A stretch of DNA of 64,000 nucleotides from a virus: the IMG/VR virus record IMGVR_UViG_3300036806_000484, positions 4,821-68,820 of that record, one strand, 5' to 3'. The notes under the pieces were generated by a model, which searched no databases, was not told the DNA's origin, and saw nothing but the letters and a program-made list of their open reading frames with translations. Positions within the stretch are counted from its first letter, which is position 1. Each line of letters begins with the position of its first letter. The translations under genes were made by a program, and so were the position numbers. Positions 60,885 to 64,000 of the stretch are shown here, piece by piece.

Positions 60885-61126
60885 GAAACCTCCGCGACGT
60901 ACCTGAGATTTCTGGCGCGGCCATCGAAACGCTTGAGCGCGATGTTGGTCCGCATCTGCGTCGCCTCGTTCACGACTTGCGCCTTCGTGCCGACGATGGC
61001 GAGCACCCGCAGCCGACGCAGCCCACGCGTCGTACCCGGATAGAGCGGGTCCACGTCTTCCCAAACTTGACCCACACACACTTCGGGTAGGGGTCGCTGG
61101 TCCGCTCCCCTGGTATCCTCAGTCAT
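60881..61126 (-). CDS. Hypothetical protein
   Basis: VGQVWED.DP pattern; coupled to neighbours. Confidence 0.6.
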   Translation of the reverse strand: MTEDTRGADQRPLPEVCVGQVWEDVDPLYPGTTRGLRRLRVLAIVGTKAQVVNEATQMRTNIALKRFDGRARNLRYVAEVS

Positions 61127-61944
61127 ACGCTACACACTCCCGCACATTCGTTTCCGAATAGATCGGGCTCATTGGACGACGGCGCGTTGAAGTCAAGATC
61201 GGCAAGTGGCTTCCCGGAGCGGTGCAGGAACAACGTCCCCTTGGACCGATACTCGCCAGACGGAGCCGACCGGAGAGATTCATCGACGCGGATGGCCTCG
61301 GCCATCTCGTCGCTGGTGAGGGCGCGCCATTGGACCGCCGAGTGGTAGGGGCAGTAGACACACGACGACTTCGGGGGTGTCGGGAAGTCGTGGTCGCGCA
61401 TCCACTCAAGGCAGTCCGAACGGCGCTTCATGGATTCGATGAGCGGATAACGGAGGTGAATCCAAGGCTCGCGGGAAGTGTTCATCCGGTGCGCCTCATC
61501 GACGCTAATGCCCATCCACTGAATCACCGCGACCGTTGACGGTGAGCGGCGTCGCGTGAGCCCCAGCAGTTTGCGAAGCTGGCGCCGGATGGGACGAATC
61601 TTGAAATCCTGGGTGCAGCTTCGGTTGATGAGCCCCGCCATCTCCCCGTTGACCTTCACAAACGCGGGGATTGGAACGCTCCGGTACTTCCCCCGCACAC
61701 GCTTGGCGCCGATCTTCTTGGTGAGACTGCCTTCGGTGACGCGGTAAACGGGGAACGGCAGTTGCGTTTCAAGCCACGCTAGCCAGTCATGGACGGCCCG
61801 GGGTTCGGCCTGAGTGTCAGCGAAGATTGCGGCCTCGGGCATGGGCGTTATCTCTCCACGGCTCGCCATCAGGGCCATCGTGGATGACTGAACGCCAGCG
61901 CCAAGGCTGATGACGTGCATCGGTCCCGTGCCGGAGCCGCTCAC
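61123..61944 (-). CDS. PAPS-reductase-like (PP-loop) phage protein
   Basis: ISLGAGVQSS, IFADT, CT.DFKI.PI, KSSCVYCPYH, EC.GVC. Confidence 0.8.
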   Translation of the reverse strand: MSGSGTGPMHVISLGAGVQSSTMALMASRGEITPMPEAAIFADTQAEPRAVHDWLAWLETQLPFPVYRVTEGSLTKKIGAKRVRGKYRSVPIPAFVKVNGEMAGLINRSCTQDFKIRPIRRQLRKLLGLTRRRSPSTVAVIQWMGISVDEAHRMNTSREPWIHLRYPLIESMKRRSDCLEWMRDHDFPTPPKSSCVYCPYHSAVQWRALTSDEMAEAIRVDESLRSAPSGEYRSKGTLFLHRSGKPLADLDFNAPSSNEPDLFGNECAGVCSV

Positions 61945-62144
61945 CGGACACCCCCGCGACCAGATTTCAGCGCCGCTTCGTACTTCCGCTGGCGCTTCGC
62001 CGTGGCCTTCGCCAACCGTGCCGCGTCGTGACTATCGGGCTGCTTCGCCAGCGGCGGGACAACGTTTCTCGCGGGCGGCCCATAGCCATCTGCCGCCGCA
62101 CCCATCATGATCGCGGTCAATGCCGCATTGATTCTCGGGCTCAT
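61941..62144 (-). CDS. Hypothetical protein
   Basis: 67 aa, coupled to neighbours. Confidence 0.55.
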   Translation of the reverse strand: MSPRINAALTAIMMGAAADGYGPPARNVVPPLAKQPDSHDAARLAKATAKRQRKYEAALKSGRGGVR

Positions 62145-62425
62145 GTCTGGCGTCCTTTCAGGGACTCGGGGTCAGCATCGTCAGGGCTTGGGGCCACAGT
62201 ACCGCTTGCGTTAGTCGCACTGTCGGGGCCACACTGGCACGACGCGACCCATGGAGCGTTGCCGCGTCCGCACTTCGGGCAGCACCAGCCGAGCAGCGAT
62301 AGCGGCGGATAGGCTACCGGAATGTTCCACGGCGTAGGCGGCGGATTGAACGGCATCGAAGTCGGTGACGGGCAGCCCGTCGAATGCCAGCCATTCGCGC
62401 CGCCGCAGCTAGAGCACGGATTCAC
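62141..62425 (-). CDS. Small Cys-rich (zinc-ribbon) protein
   Basis: GW.CPKCGR.NAP.V..C.C. Confidence 0.6.
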   Translation of the reverse strand: MNPCSSCGGANGWHSTGCPSPTSMPFNPPPTPWNIPVAYPPLSLLGWCCPKCGRGNAPWVASCQCGPDSATNASGTVAPSPDDADPESLKGRQT

Positions 62426-62855
62426 GTCGCTTCTCCTTGGGTAGCGTCGTTAGGCTGCTCAGGGTCAGCCGAGGTGACGGGAGGAACGGACTCCCCGACT
62501 TCCCACGGGAACGGATCGCAGACATCGGCAGCGTCGCCGGTCGGCGTGAGCGAGCGTTCAATTTCCGCCAGCCGTCGCGCCTCATCGCGTTCGGCCTCCG
62601 CTTGCTGGCAGCGTTTCCATATCCGGTCGCAGGCCCGAGCGCAGGCGTCTCCCTCCCGTTCCTGCTCCATGCGGGCCAGTCGGGCCAGTAAGTCAGGCGC
62701 ATCCGTTTCGTACCAGTTGACCCCGTTAGGCGTGTTCTCAATGGTACTGGCGCCAGTCGCCAATCCGCGCAGCCACCGCATCCGCTGTTCGATGCGGGCT
62801 CGCAGCTCATCGAGGGTTGGGGGGCATCAGCCGTGCTTTGGGGAACCGCGCTCAT
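62422..62855 (-). CDS. Hypothetical protein, apparently frameshifted at a 6-nt homopolymer (62819-62824)
   Basis: ATGA-coupled start (MSAVPQSTADAP) joins frame TLDELRARIEQRMRW... if one C is added. Confidence 0.45.
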
Positions 62856-64000
62856 TCGTCGCCTCCGCCGACCCGTACCGGTCGGTGTAGTGTTGGAGTC
62901 TGGTAGATGCTCTGCTGCTCGCCGCGCTCGTCGCCTTCGCGGTAGTTGTCGAACCTGGTGTAGCTCGAGTGGAAGAAGAGCTTCACTGTGCCGGTCGGAC
63001 CGTTGCGCTGCTTGCCGATGATGATCTCCGCCTGGCCGGCCAATTCCTCTCGCTCCGCCTCGTCCTTCGCGTACATCTCCGGTCGGTAGACAAAGAGCAC
63101 TGTGTCTGCGTCTTGCTCGATCGAGCCCGACTCACGCAGGTCCGACAGTTGAGGCCGTCGACCGCCGCCGGTTCGCGCTTCCGGTGCCCTGGAAAGCTGC
63201 GACAGCGCCAGCACGGGGATGTTGAGCTCCTTCGCGAGCGCCTTCAGCGACCGCGAGATGGCGCTGATCTCCTGCACCCGGTTCTCCGAGTGCTCGGGCT
63301 CCCGCATCAGCTGGAGGTAGTCCACGATGATGAGGCCGAGATTCTTGTTTTCGGAGGCGTGGCGCCTCGCCCTGGCGCGCAGCTCGAGCGGGGTCAGGCC
63401 GGATCCGTCGTCTACCCAGATCGGCGCGTTGGACAGGATGCCAGCAGCCTTCGCCATCAGGCTGTAGTCGCCGTCCCTGAGCGTGCCGGTGCGCAGGCGG
63501 TGGCCGTCGATGCGCGCCTCGCCTGTCAGCATCCGCTGGACCAGCGCGCGGTCCGACATCTCGAGCGAGAAGATCGCGACGCCGATGCCGTGCTCGATGG
63601 CGGCGTACTGCGCGACGTTGACGGCCAGGGCCGTCTTCCCCATCGAGGGGCGCGCGGCGAGGATCACCAGGTCTGCCGGCTGGAAGCCTGCCGTCAGGCG
63701 GTCGAGATCCTTAAAGCCCGTCGCCAACCCCGTCACCTCGCTACCGCCGGACCCGTGCTGCTTCTCAATGTCCTCGATGGTCTCGAAGATCATCTTGCGC
63801 ACCGGCTTCAGGCCGGCATCGGTCGTCCTGTCCTGGCGGAGCGCGAATATCTTGGCCTCGGTGGACTCCAGTATCTCGGCGGCGAGCCGCTTTCCCTCGA
63901 AGGCTTCCTGGACGATCTGGGTGCCGACTTCGATCAGCCGGCGCAGCAGCGCCTTGTCGCGGACGATCCGCGCGTGGTAGTCGAAGTTGGCAGCGGTGGG
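62852..64000 (-). CDS. dnaB: Replicative DNA helicase DnaB (5' end outside the window)
   Basis: LAARPSMGKT, FSLEMS, IVDYLQL, LSQLSR, SDLRESGSIEQDAD, KQRNGPTG; the frame is open to the window edge. Confidence 0.97.
   Translation of the reverse strand, partial: PTAANFDYHARIVRDKALLRRLIEVGTQIVQEAFEGKRLAAEILESTEAKIFALRQDRTTDAGLKPVRKMIFETIEDIEKQHGSGGSEVTGLATGFKDLDRLTAGFQPADLVILAARPSMGKTALAVNVAQYAAIEHGIGVAIFSLEMSDRALVQRMLTGEARIDGHRLRTGTLRDGDYSLMAKAAGILSNAPIWVDDGSGLTPLELRARARRHASENKNLGLIIVDYLQLMREPEHSENRVQEISAISRSLKALAKELNIPVLALSQLSRAPEARTGGGRRPQLSDLRESGSIEQDADTVLFVYRPEMYAKDEAEREELAGQAEIIIGKQRNGPTGTVKLFFHSSYTRFDNYREGDERGEQQSIYQTPTLHRPVRVGGGDE

Noticed and set aside
56982-61170. Beta-clamp-binding motifs (TDLNLF, QQETLV, EPDLF)
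   Set aside because: Only loose matches to QL[SD]LF; too short to support by eye.
1-64000. Diversity-generating retroelement, retron or integrase
   Set aside because: No reverse-transcriptase or recombinase motifs in any ORF; the duplicated segments do not show adenine-specific variation.
62852-64000. Host assignment from DnaB/GroES
   Set aside because: Both look host-like, but a taxon cannot be supported without a database search.

Overview
The whole window is a GC-rich tailed-phage (or prophage) genome segment with podovirus-type architecture and no tape-measure gene. No integrase, att site or host housekeeping block is visible. Almost everything is on the - strand. Right to left: (1) replication and DNA-modification module: DnaB (partial), PAPS-reductase-like protein, MazG-domain protein, DEDDh exonuclease, RusA, and a C5 methyltransferase that is frameshifted and carries a nested out-of-frame gene; (2) a short + strand operon (52.1-55.5 kb) with an XRE HTH gene, driven by a sigma70-like promoter containing a GTTC-N7-GTTC direct repeat; (3) packaging and head genes: TerS, small genes, tRNA-Thr, a GH108-like protein, TerL with a class-3 intein, GroES, tRNA-Pro, tRNA-fMet, portal, scaffold, major capsid; (4) tail, appendage and ejection genes, including a ~4000-aa polyvalent protein (J-domain, adenine MTase, Strawberry-notch-type SF2 helicase, HExxH peptidase motif); (5) a lysis cassette with a split GH108 endolysin; (6) RHH regulator, YqaJ exonuclease, putative annealing protein, two non-canonical tRNA-like RNAs, a HerA-like ATPase, and an amino-MTase with an in-frame stop. 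The most unusual signals are several structured non-coding RNAs (one a tRNA mimic with a 10-nt anticodon loop), two probable CTG-initiated genes, the split endolysin, and a hairpin that hides an HNH start codon. All calls come from reading motifs by eye; no searches or folding programs were run.
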